Below are positions 1 to 7,996 of a DNA stretch of 20,000 bases, one piece after another. The translations under genes were made by a program, and so were the position numbers. The notes below the pieces were generated by a model. That model saw only the letters and a program-made list of their open reading frames with translations. It ran no database searches and was not told the DNA's origin. The DNA lies in IMG/VR virus record IMGVR_UViG_3300021197_001703; one strand, 5' to 3'. Position 1 is the first letter of the stretch, and each line of letters starts with the position of its first letter. The stretch comes from an uncultured virus (IMG/VR IMGVR_UViG_3300021197_001703). Lineage: Duplodnaviria; Heunggongvirae; Uroviricota; Caudoviricetes.

Positions 1-1
1 T

Positions 2-3000
2 GTTAGTGCAGTATCTACTGATGCATCATCAGGCAGTAGTGGTGTAGGTCAATCATTGATTACTGTAACGACAGTTTCACCACATGGAGTTTTAGCAGGT
101 AATCCAATTACTATTAGAGGTCTTGATGGATCAGTTAAAGGTAACGGTCGTGCTGAAGGTACATTTATTGTTAACTCAGTTATAGACAGCAGAAATTTTA
201 CATATTACGCAAAGGCTAAAGTTGGTGTAACATCAGGTACAGCACTTGTAACATTCTATACAATTTTAAGACAAGCGGCATTCTACACAGGGGCAACTAT
301 TCAAGGTGACACACCATCATATGCTGTTACTACACAAGGTGCAAGTGGTTCATTTAGTTTACCATTAGGATCGGCAACTGGCGCAGACAGACTTACATTT
401 ACTGGTGCAGTACCGGCACTTGGTGCTCCTCTTGTTGCAGTAGGTGGCGGCATACCATTAGGTTCTCAGGTTACTGGTGTAACTGGAACAGGTACAATTA
501 TTGATACACCTGTATTAACATCAGATATAGCACAAGGCTCAACAACAATTACAGTTGAAGACGCTACAGCAGTTGAAGTTGGCGCTGGTCTTGATAGAGG
601 AGATGGTGTTGCAACTTTCGTAACAAACGTTGCAGGTAATGATTTAACAATATCAGAAGCAACAACAAGAATACTTGTTGGTAACACAGTAAACTATATA
701 GGTGTAACTGGATCTAATGATAGTTCAATTGGTAACGGTGCAAGTTTTGATGTTACAAGAACAAATGGTACATATGCAACTGTATTAAACGCAGGCGGCC
801 AAGATTATAAAGTTGGTGATAGAATTAAAATTGGCGGACAACAACTTGGCGGTACTGACGGAACTAACGACTTAACACTGCTTATTGATACTATTGACGC
901 CCTTGGAGAAGTATTAACATTTACAGAATCAGGTACAGGTTTTGATGGTAATGGTACATTCTTTGGACAAGAAGGTAATTTAGCAGGTGGAGTTGGTAGT
1001 GATGGTAACTTTGATGTAACATACACTAACAACGCTTATACAGTTTCAATGGCATCACCAGATACATCAACAGGTTATACAGTTGGTGATAAAATTAAAA
1101 TTAGTGGTTTCGACTTAGGCGGTGCTGATAGTACAAACGATGCAATTATGACAGTGTCTGGAATTGGTGCAGGAGGTTCAATTACTTCTCTAACTACAAC
1201 AGGTACAGCAGTTGATGCAGACGTAAGTTATAGTTCACCTCCAATGACAGCCTCAACAGCAAACGGTGTTGATGCTCAATTTAACATACAAAGAATTGGT
1301 ACAGTTTACTCAATTAACATTACTAACGGTGGTACTGGTTACTTGGCGTCAGAATCATTTGTAATACTTGGTTCAGACTTAGGTGGTACTGATGGTGTAA
1401 ACAATTTAACAATTACAATTTCAACAGTTGACGTTAATGGTACTATTACTGGAACATCAACTTCAGGTACAGCAGTTAATACTAAAGATTATCCAAACGT
1501 AACTAATATTTCAAGAATTGTTGGTAACGGTGTACAGTTTCAAGTTGGACTATCAGGAGGAAACTACACAGTTACTATTGATAATGCAGGATTTAATTAC
1601 GGTATTGATCAAGAAATTACAATTTTAGGAACAAATTTAAGTGGTGCTTCTCCAACAAACGATTTAGTAATTACAGTAACAGGAGTCGACTCAGGCGGTG
1701 GTATTACAGCAGTTACATTTACTGGTACAGGTGCTACAGGAAGTGGCAGTGTAACAGCAATTCAAGGTAATAACGAAATTAATTCAGGGTCGGGAGCAAT
1801 CTTTACAGTTACAAGAAGCGGCGCCGCATACAGTCTTGTTGTTGCAACCGATGATGGTGCAAGTTATGAGGTAGGTAATAGAATTATTATTCCAGGTGAT
1901 CAACTTGGTGGTACTACTCCTACAAACGATTTAACATTACGTTGTACACAAGAATCAACAGAAGGTAATTTTGTTGGTGTTAATGTTAGTGGTACAGCAG
2001 TTGCAGGTGAAACATTAAATACTTACAGTTCTGTCACAATGTCAGAAGAAACAACAGCACCTATTGCAGGTGGCGTTGTTGTTACTTACAGTGCATTAGC
2101 AAGTGTTAGGATTACATTCTTAACACCACATGGACTTGTTCCAGGAGATAGTTTTGCTGTAACAATATCATCAGATGACGGTTCAAACAATCACAATTTA
2201 GCGGCAGGACCGTTTAGTGCAACAGCAGTTCCAAGTTTAACACAACTTGATTATCAGTGTAGAGCACCTGGTACAATTAACGTAACAGAGCAAGAGATTA
2301 CTGGTAATGTTTATCCAAGACCAGATTCGTTCTTTATTCACAGACCATATGATGGTGGTGTGCAGTTAGGAACAGGCGGACCGCAACACGGTGCTCAAGC
2401 AATTAGACAGAGTAAAAAATATATTAGATATCAGTCAGGTAAAGGTATTATGTATACCACTGGTGCATTGTTTGCTCCAAGTTATAATATTCTTAATATT
2501 ACAGCGGCGGCAACATCCGTTGGTTCAATTATTACAGTAACTACAGATGAAACAGAACACGGATTACAAGTTGGTGGAATAGTTAGACTTATTGGAGTAA
2601 AAACTGTAGGCTATAATGGCAAATATACAGTTACAGATATTAACGATGAAAATACATTTGAAGTTGTTGCTCAAACAGCATTAGGTTCAACTACTCCTGA
2701 ATTAACGTCAGAATGCCAAGTTTCAGTTGTAACGTTCCACGGTGCAACTGTACGTTCAGGAGCATTTGACGATCAGAACGGTATTTTCTTTGAATATGAT
2801 GGCACACAATTTAGTGCAGTACAAAGAACTGCTACTTTACAGTTAGCAGGAGTTGTTGATATTGATATTGATTCAAATACATGTACAGGTATAGGAACAA
2901 GATTTAGAGAACAATTAAAAGCAGGTGATAGAATTGTATTAAAAGGTATGACACACGTTGTATCACAAGTTGTTGACAACACAACAATGTATTTAACACC

Positions 3001-4801
3001 AGACTTTAGAGGTGTTACTGATGTAAGATCAAGTAAATTATGTTTAGTTAAAGATAAAAAGACAGAACAGAAAGATTTTAACCGAGATAGAATGGACGGC
3101 ACAGGTCCAAGTGGATACAACATTGACATTAGTAAAATGCAGATGGTAGGAATTCAGTATTCATGGTATGGTGCTGGATTTATCGACTACATGCTTAGAG
3201 GAGCAGATGGTAACTTTGTGTTTGGTCATAGAATGAGAAATTCAAACATTAATACAGAAGCATTTATGCGTACTGGTAACATGCCTGTGCGTTATGAAAT
3301 TATTAACGAAGGTCCAAGTGGCAAATTAGCAAGTGATATTACAAATTCACAACAAACTATACCACTACAAGATGCTTCATTCTTCCCACCCGAAGGTGGA
3401 ACAGTTTATATTGATGCTGAAATGATACGTTTTACAGGTATTGATGGTAAAAATTTAACAGGTTGTACAAGAAGTTCGCCAATGACTAACTTTGCGGCTG
3501 GTGCAACAAGAACATACTCAGGCGGTCCAGCAGAAACACACGCAAGAAATACAGGAGTTGTTCTAATTAGTAATACTATATCACCGGTTATATCACACTG
3601 GGGTTCAGCGTTTATTACAGATGGCGGCTTTGATTCAGATCGTGGTTACTTGTTCTCATACAAATCTACAGGAGTTGAGATTAGTACAACAAGAGCAACA
3701 TCATTCCTATTAAGACTTGCACCAAGTGTAAGTAATGCACTTGTTGGTGATTTAGGAGAACGTGAACTTCTAAACAGAGCACAGTTGCTACTTGAAGGTC
3801 TTGAAATTACAACAGATCAACCGGCGGCGTCAGACACAGGTGGTATTGTTATTGAAGGTGTTCTTAATCCACAGAACTATCCACTTAACCCTGACGACAT
3901 TGGGTGGCAAGGATTATCAGGACTGGCACAGGGTGGACAACCAAGTTTCGCACAGATTGCACCGGGTGGTTCTACTAACTGGAACTCGGGTGATATTCCA
4001 TCAAATACTACTGTGACTACTCAAGCGGCTCTGACTGCAAGTGTAGTTGCAAAAGATAGAAACTATAGAAGTGGTAATAGTTATTGGGATAACGGTTTAA
4101 CAGCAGGCAGAAACAGATTTTTTGTACTTGATACTTTCTATCAGTCAAATCCATCACTATTTGAAATTGGTGCTGAAGTACAAAGTGATTCAGGAAATTA
4201 CTATCCTGCAGGTACTACAATTACAAGTGTATCAACATATACATGGAGCTCAAATGGTTTAGGAAACATGAGACACATATTTACAAGTGCTAATCCAACC
4301 ACAAATATACCAGGTGATGTTCCTTTAACAATTACAAAAACATTTAAAGGTGCACCTACTAACAACATTTACTTCCAAAAGGCGGCTTACGAAAGTGCTG
4401 AAGTTGTTGAAGGTACTACTGTAAGTGATAGCAGGTTTCCAGCGGGAACACAGGTTTCCACAGTTCAATTAAAGACTTATGGTTCAACACAATATTATGA
4501 TGTGGTATTTAACCAACCATCAGATGGAACTGCGATCGTCGCAGGTACTACTGCAATTGAGTTTGAATTTGTAAATCCTCCATATGCACAGCCAGGTGAA
4601 ACGATCTTCTCATTCATTGCACAACCAGGAGAAAGATCAACATTGGATTTATCATTTATTAAAGAATTAACTAATACTACACTTGGTGGTAGAGGTACTT
4701 TTCCAAATGGTCCAGACGTGTTAGCAATTAACGTGTTTAAAACGTCAGGAGCGGCTATAAACAGTAATGTTGTATTGAGATGGTCGGAAGCACAAGCCTA
4801 A
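2..4801 (+). CDS. Giant virion structural protein (tail fibre / baseplate-appendage-like), 5'-truncated, >=1599 aa
   Basis: Frame 2 is open from nt 2 (VSAVSTDASSGSSGVGQSLITV...), so the TTG at 56 is probably not the real start. The protein is Thr/Gly/Ser-rich and beta-strand-like. It has five ~88-aa repeats (I.G..LGG....NDL.I.V), three 'ITxT..xHG' domains and a non-repetitive core (RQSKKYIRYQSGKG...GAFDDQNGIFFEYDG...IQYSWYGAG). It lies next to neck and tail genes. Confidence 0.75.
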   Translation, partial: VSAVSTDASSGSSGVGQSLITVTTVSPHGVLAGNPITIRGLDGSVKGNGRAEGTFIVNSVIDSRNFTYYAKAKVGVTSGTALVTFYTILRQAAFYTGATIQGDTPSYAVTTQGASGSFSLPLGSATGADRLTFTGAVPALGAPLVAVGGGIPLGSQVTGVTGTGTIIDTPVLTSDIAQGSTTITVEDATAVEVGAGLDRGDGVATFVTNVAGNDLTISEATTRILVGNTVNYIGVTGSNDSSIGNGASFDVTRTNGTYATVLNAGGQDYKVGDRIKIGGQQLGGTDGTNDLTLLIDTIDALGEVLTFTESGTGFDGNGTFFGQEGNLAGGVGSDGNFDVTYTNNAYTVSMASPDTSTGYTVGDKIKISGFDLGGADSTNDAIMTVSGIGAGGSITSLTTTGTAVDADVSYSSPPMTASTANGVDAQFNIQRIGTVYSINITNGGTGYLASESFVILGSDLGGTDGVNNLTITISTVDVNGTITGTSTSGTAVNTKDYPNVTNISRIVGNGVQFQVGLSGGNYTVTIDNAGFNYGIDQEITILGTNLSGASPTNDLVITVTGVDSGGGITAVTFTGTGATGSGSVTAIQGNNEINSGSGAIFTVTRSGAAYSLVVATDDGASYEVGNRIIIPGDQLGGTTPTNDLTLRCTQESTEGNFVGVNVSGTAVAGETLNTYSSVTMSEETTAPIAGGVVVTYSALASVRITFLTPHGLVPGDSFAVTISSDDGSNNHNLAAGPFSATAVPSLTQLDYQCRAPGTINVTEQEITGNVYPRPDSFFIHRPYDGGVQLGTGGPQHGAQAIRQSKKYIRYQSGKGIMYTTGALFAPSYNILNITAAATSVGSIITVTTDETEHGLQVGGIVRLIGVKTVGYNGKYTVTDINDENTFEVVAQTALGSTTPELTSECQVSVVTFHGATVRSGAFDDQNGIFFEYDGTQFSAVQRTATLQLAGVVDIDIDSNTCTGIGTRFREQLKAGDRIVLKGMTHVVSQVVDNTTMYLTPDFRGVTDVRSSKLCLVKDKKTEQKDFNRDRMDGTGPSGYNIDISKMQMVGIQYSWYGAGFIDYMLRGADGNFVFGHRMRNSNINTEAFMRTGNMPVRYEIINEGPSGKLASDITNSQQTIPLQDASFFPPEGGTVYIDAEMIRFTGIDGKNLTGCTRSSPMTNFAAGATRTYSGGPAETHARNTGVVLISNTISPVISHWGSAFITDGGFDSDRGYLFSYKSTGVEISTTRATSFLLRLAPSVSNALVGDLGERELLNRAQLLLEGLEITTDQPAASDTGGIVIEGVLNPQNYPLNPDDIGWQGLSGLAQGGQPSFAQIAPGGSTNWNSGDIPSNTTVTTQAALTASVVAKDRNYRSGNSYWDNGLTAGRNRFFVLDTFYQSNPSLFEIGAEVQSDSGNYYPAGTTITSVSTYTWSSNGLGNMRHIFTSANPTTNIPGDVPLTITKTFKGAPTNNIYFQKAAYESAEVVEGTTVSDSRFPAGTQVSTVQLKTYGSTQYYDVVFNQPSDGTAIVAGTTAIEFEFVNPPYAQPGETIFSFIAQPGERSTLDLSFIKELTNTTLGGRGTFPNGPDVLAINVFKTSGAAINSNVVLRWSEAQA
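730..2010 (+). repeat. Five tandem protein-level repeats of 86-90 aa within the giant structural protein
   Basis: LGG/LSG anchor codons lie at nt 845, 1115, 1379, 1637 and 1904 (spacings 270, 264, 258, 267 nt). The anchors read GGQQLGGTDGTNDL, GFDLGGADSTNDA, GSDLGGTDGVNNL, GTNLSGASPTNDL and GDQLGGTTPTNDL. Each is preceded by G..A/V.F.V/I...G.Y and G..Y..G-like motifs. Confidence 0.9.
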
Positions 4802-5202
4802 GGCATTGTGGGTGGCGGAGAGTTTTTCTTAATTACGTCTTTTTGACTATCACCAGGTATAATACGATAGTTATCTTCCACTGAATCAGCAGTACTCACT
4901 TCACTAATACTACTATTGGCTTCAAGGCAAGTTAATTGGTGTGGTTGTAATGGAGGATTGTGCCAAGTATCTCCAGGAGTTAGTTCTTTACTGTAAAGCA
5001 TAGCATCTTTAGTGTCAATCCACTTAACTTCAAACCGGCCTGAATTAACAAACCATGTTTCGTCCTTCTCTTTATGGAAATGCATGGAGAATTTTGCTCC
5101 TGCTTTTTCAAATACCATAAGTTTGCCACAATACTTGTCATTGGTTGCCCATATTAATTCATATCCCCAACCTTTTTCTACTTTACCTTCAAGTCTACTC
5201 AT
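4798..5202 (-). CDS. Cupin-domain protein (mannose-6-phosphate isomerase / sugar isomerase-like)
   Basis: Has a VEKGWGYE start, cupin motif 1 (SMHFHKEKDETWFVNSG) and motif 2 (LTPGDTWHNPPLQPHQL). It is the last gene of the heptose cassette, with an ATGA overlap to the upstream gene. Confidence 0.8.
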   Translation of the reverse strand: MSRLEGKVEKGWGYELIWATNDKYCGKLMVFEKAGAKFSMHFHKEKDETWFVNSGRFEVKWIDTKDAMLYSKELTPGDTWHNPPLQPHQLTCLEANSSISEVSTADSVEDNYRIIPGDSQKDVIKKNSPPPTMP

Positions 5203-5891
5203 TTTTTACTCCATACTTCTTTGAATTTCTTGTAAGCACCCTTAAACTTACTTTGAAATATTAAATTACTCACAAAACTTGCACGATACTTCTCTTGATC
5301 TTCATCTTGCACCGTAGTTTCAAGGTTTGCAATCTTTATTGGTACGTACATTGCTAATGGTGTACCTTTTTCCAGTAAAAATTCACCTTCTTTCTTGATT
5401 AACAGTTGCTGGTTAATCTGATGACTCCATTCAGTGTGTGTTACCCCAGGCATACATGTAAAATTTTCATTAAAATCATAAAACATTGGTAATTGCATCA
5501 TTGCCCACCCAGGACTGGTACGCACACGCCAAGGACAATCAGTTTTTGCAACACATACAAAGTCATCTTTGGCATTTTGTGGTGCATGTTCTAAAAACTG
5601 CTTGTCAGTGTGCAGGCTCATAGTAAAGTTTTCATTACTCGAGTGCCATGCAAAGTTTTTATTGTCTGCCTTGATGTGAAAGTCGCACCACATAGGTACA
5701 ACATACGCATTTTTGTATAAATCTATAAATCCAGGACAGTTCTTGATAGTGCCTTTGTCTGCAAAGTCCTCAGTCAAGTACTTAGGTGCATGTTTGAACC
5801 ATTCAGGCATGAACTTTGTTGCATCTTTGATTGGTTCGACTTTAGTAAGTCCAGGAACAACGCTCCACCATTCAACTTTACAATCAGTTTG
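5199..5891 (-). CDS. Phage hypothetical protein (possibly DUF6065-like / dUTPase-like beta fold), 5' end lost in the gap
   Basis: The reading frame continues upstream of M5810 to the gap edge (QTDCKVEWWSVVPGLTKVEPIKDATKFMPEW). Motifs TIKNCPGFIDLYKNAYVVPMWCD, CPWRVRTSPGW and LEKGTPLAMYVP resemble a family I recall from aquatic phages. Function unknown. Confidence 0.55.
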   Translation of the reverse strand, partial: QTDCKVEWWSVVPGLTKVEPIKDATKFMPEWFKHAPKYLTEDFADKGTIKNCPGFIDLYKNAYVVPMWCDFHIKADNKNFAWHSSNENFTMSLHTDKQFLEHAPQNAKDDFVCVAKTDCPWRVRTSPGWAMMQLPMFYDFNENFTCMPGVTHTEWSHQINQQLLIKKEGEFLLEKGTPLAMYVPIKIANLETTVQDEDQEKYRASFVSNLIFQSKFKGAYKKFKEVWSKK

Positions 5892-5991
5892 NNNNNNNNN
5901 NNNNNNNNNNNNNNNNNNNNNNNNNNNNNNNNNNNNNNNNNNNNNNNNNNNNNNNNNNNNNNNNNNNNNNNNNNNNNNNNNNNNNNNNNNN
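5892..5991. other. Assembly gap (100 N, true size unknown)
   Basis: Run of exactly 100 N that interrupts two different minus-strand genes. Confidence 0.99.
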
Positions 5992-6292
5992 TAAAGTGTG
6001 TTTGTTCTCCATATACGCTTGCCGAACTTGCATATTGTAAAGAAGTACCCATCATGTCACAAATTTCAATTAACTTCATTGTGTATTCAAAGTTGTGTTG
6101 CATAATCTTTTCAACATCACGTTCAGTTGTACTTGAAATTGCACCTAAGTGTATAATTCTATCATACCGTTGAACATCTGGGTACTTGTGTAGTTCCCAC
6201 GGGAAGCCTTCTACATCATGTCCTTTTGCTTTTAGATATGATGCTACATTTGAACCAATAAATCCTTGGTAACCTGTAATTAAAATTTTCAT
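5992..6292 (-). CDS. hldD: ADP-L-glycero-D-manno-heptose 6-epimerase-like NAD(P)-dependent extended SDR, N-terminal ~100 aa only (3' part in the gap)
   Basis: Has the Rossmann motif ILITGYQGFIGSN. HLGAISSTTE matches the HldD H.GA.SSTTE signature, and YASSASVYG is also present. It has an ATGA overlap with upstream hldE. Residues after the gap in the ORF track are artefactual. Confidence 0.8.
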
Positions 6293-7539
6293 ATCTTCAT
6301 CTTCTCTATAATGCTTGTTGTTGATTGATCTTTTACTGTTGGAAAAATGTCAACTTCTGCAAGTTCATGACCTACAACAGTGTCAACAGTATAATCACCA
6401 CCTTTAACTATTAAGTCTGGTTGAAATCTTTCAATGGAATTAATAGGAGTATCTTCATCAAAGATAACAACTTCGTCAATCCATGGTAAAAGTTCAAGAT
6501 TCATTTTACGCTGTAGTTGGTTGTTAATAGGCCTGTCTTCACCTTTGAGTCTTTTTGTACTTGCATCACTATTAATACCTACAACAAGTTTTCTACCCTT
6601 GGATTTCGCATGTCTTAATAGTCTAAAATGTCCTTCATGCAGTATATCAAATACACCATTAGTCCATACTATTTGTCTTTTTAAGTCTTCAGGTTGTATT
6701 GCATACACACCTCTATGTTCTACTGATCTTGCACCAGCATAACAGGCTAACTTACATGCGGCAAACACATCCATGCCTCTCTCGATACCATAAGCAATAA
6801 CAGCAAGTACAGTATCACCGGCACCAGTTACATCTGCAACTTCTCTTACAGGTTCTTGATAGTGTTGGTAATATAATTCGTTACTTAGAACATGTACTCC
6901 ATTTGCACCATCAGTTACTATAAGGTATTTCCATCCATACTCTTTTAATTTTATAAGTGCAGTTTCTTTTTTAAACTTTCCAAACCATGCTTTGTATTCT
7001 TTCATGTTTGGCTTTACAAGAAATGCTCCTTTGTACACCTCTGGTCCTTGTTTAGGATCAACTAAAACTTTACAGTCTTTGTTTACTAATTGTTCTACTA
7101 AATTAACACCAATAGTACCTTTGTTATAATCACTTAAACATACAATATCTTCTTTGTTAACACTCTCAAGGAATCTTGTTTGTGCTTGACCTTTGTATTT
7201 TTTCTCTTTATCCCAACGCATGATGTGTTGTCCACGTTGACCTACTAATCTTGTTTTAGTAGTTGTAACTTCTGCATCTGACTGTATGCTACAATCTATA
7301 TTATTTGTTTTTTCAAGTATTCTTAAAACGTCAAACCCTTCATCGTCCATACCTACTGCACCGTACAAAGAAACATTGTCAATAATGTTACTAAGATTAA
7401 GTGCAAGATTAGCCGCACCGCCTATGCTGTTTTTCTTTTCAATTTCTTTTAATACTGGTACAGGTGCTTCAGGACTAATTCTACTGGCTTTACCAATAAT
7501 CCAACTGTCCAGCATTATGTCGCCGTAAACTTTTACCAT
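6289..7539 (-). CDS. hldE: Bifunctional D-glycero-beta-D-manno-heptose-7-phosphate kinase / heptose-1-phosphate nucleotidyltransferase
   Basis: The PfkB-type kinase domain has HldE signatures GDIMLD...RISPEAPVPV, GGAANLA, TTTKTR, LSDYNKG, VLVDPK, KPN and DVTGAGDT. The C-terminal nucleotidyltransferase domain has TNGVFDILHEGH, GINSDAS..RLKGEDRP, F.EDTP, VKGGDY and STT. Confidence 0.95.
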   Translation of the reverse strand: MVKVYGDIMLDSWIIGKASRISPEAPVPVLKEIEKKNSIGGAANLALNLSNIIDNVSLYGAVGMDDEGFDVLRILEKTNNIDCSIQSDAEVTTTKTRLVGQRGQHIMRWDKEKKYKGQAQTRFLESVNKEDIVCLSDYNKGTIGVNLVEQLVNKDCKVLVDPKQGPEVYKGAFLVKPNMKEYKAWFGKFKKETALIKLKEYGWKYLIVTDGANGVHVLSNELYYQHYQEPVREVADVTGAGDTVLAVIAYGIERGMDVFAACKLACYAGARSVEHRGVYAIQPEDLKRQIVWTNGVFDILHEGHFRLLRHAKSKGRKLVVGINSDASTKRLKGEDRPINNQLQRKMNLELLPWIDEVVIFDEDTPINSIERFQPDLIVKGGDYTVDTVVGHELAEVDIFPTVKDQSTTSIIEKMKI

Positions 7540-7540
7540 G

Positions 7541-7981
7541 TTAACTCTCTAATATATCGATCAATTCAAACACTGTTTGTAACTTTGTGATATTAGTTTT
7601 GTTTTGTAGTGTGTTCCTTAACCCTTGATGTAAAGGTTTTGGATATTTGCTAAAACTTGCCCATGCATAGCCATCATGTTCACTGTTCAATGTTGGTAAG
7701 AATTCGTCCTTAACAACTATAAGATATGTATGGAAGTTGAACTTTTCGTCAGTACTGACAAAGGTTTCTAAAGGGATAGTTTTAACAGAGTTTGGTGTAT
7801 TACCAATTTCTTCTTGAATTTCTCGATGTAACGCATCAATAGGTGATTCGTCAACAGCACCTCGGCCGCCTACAAGTCCCCAAACATTGTTTTGTTTGCT
7901 TTGAGTTCTATGTAAAAATAGAAAACGTTTTGTTGATAATGCATAAAATAATGCACCACTGCAATTGATTTTGTCGCTCAT
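7541..7981 (-). CDS. Nudix hydrolase
   Basis: Intact Nudix box G-x5-E-x7-RE-x-x-EE-x-G (GRGAVDESPIDALHREIQEEIG), preceded by WGLVG and followed by LNSEHDGYAW. Its stop lies 1 nt from the hldE start. Confidence 0.9.
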   Translation of the reverse strand: MSDKINCSGALFYALSTKRFLFLHRTQSKQNNVWGLVGGRGAVDESPIDALHREIQEEIGNTPNSVKTIPLETFVSTDEKFNFHTYLIVVKDEFLPTLNSEHDGYAWASFSKYPKPLHQGLRNTLQNKTNITKLQTVFELIDILES

Positions 7982-7986
7982 ACAAG

Positions 7987-7996
7987 TAATTATTTA
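7987..7996 (-). promoter_or_regulatory. Putative late promoter (TAAATA / overlapping TAATTA) for the Nudix-hldE-hldD cassette
   Basis: The minus strand reads TTTAAATAATTACTTGT-ATG. TAAATA overlaps the gp15 stop codon, and TAATTA sits 5 nt before the ATG. No Shine-Dalgarno is visible. Confidence 0.55.

Noticed and set aside
3980..4801. Diversity-generating retroelement target in the giant protein C-terminus
   Set aside because: No template-repeat/variable-repeat pair and no reverse transcriptase are seen in the window.
5774..6292. 172-aa ORF spanning the gap as a complete or frameshifted hldD pseudogene
   Set aside because: It reads through 100 N of arbitrary length. The sequence beyond the gap belongs to a different gene in another frame, so no pseudogene call is justified.
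6289..7539. Bacterial chromosomal LPS locus or prophage boundary
   Set aside because: hldE is contiguous, without a gap, with Nudix-gp15-gp14, has similar AT-rich composition, and the cassette is flanked on both sides by virion genes.
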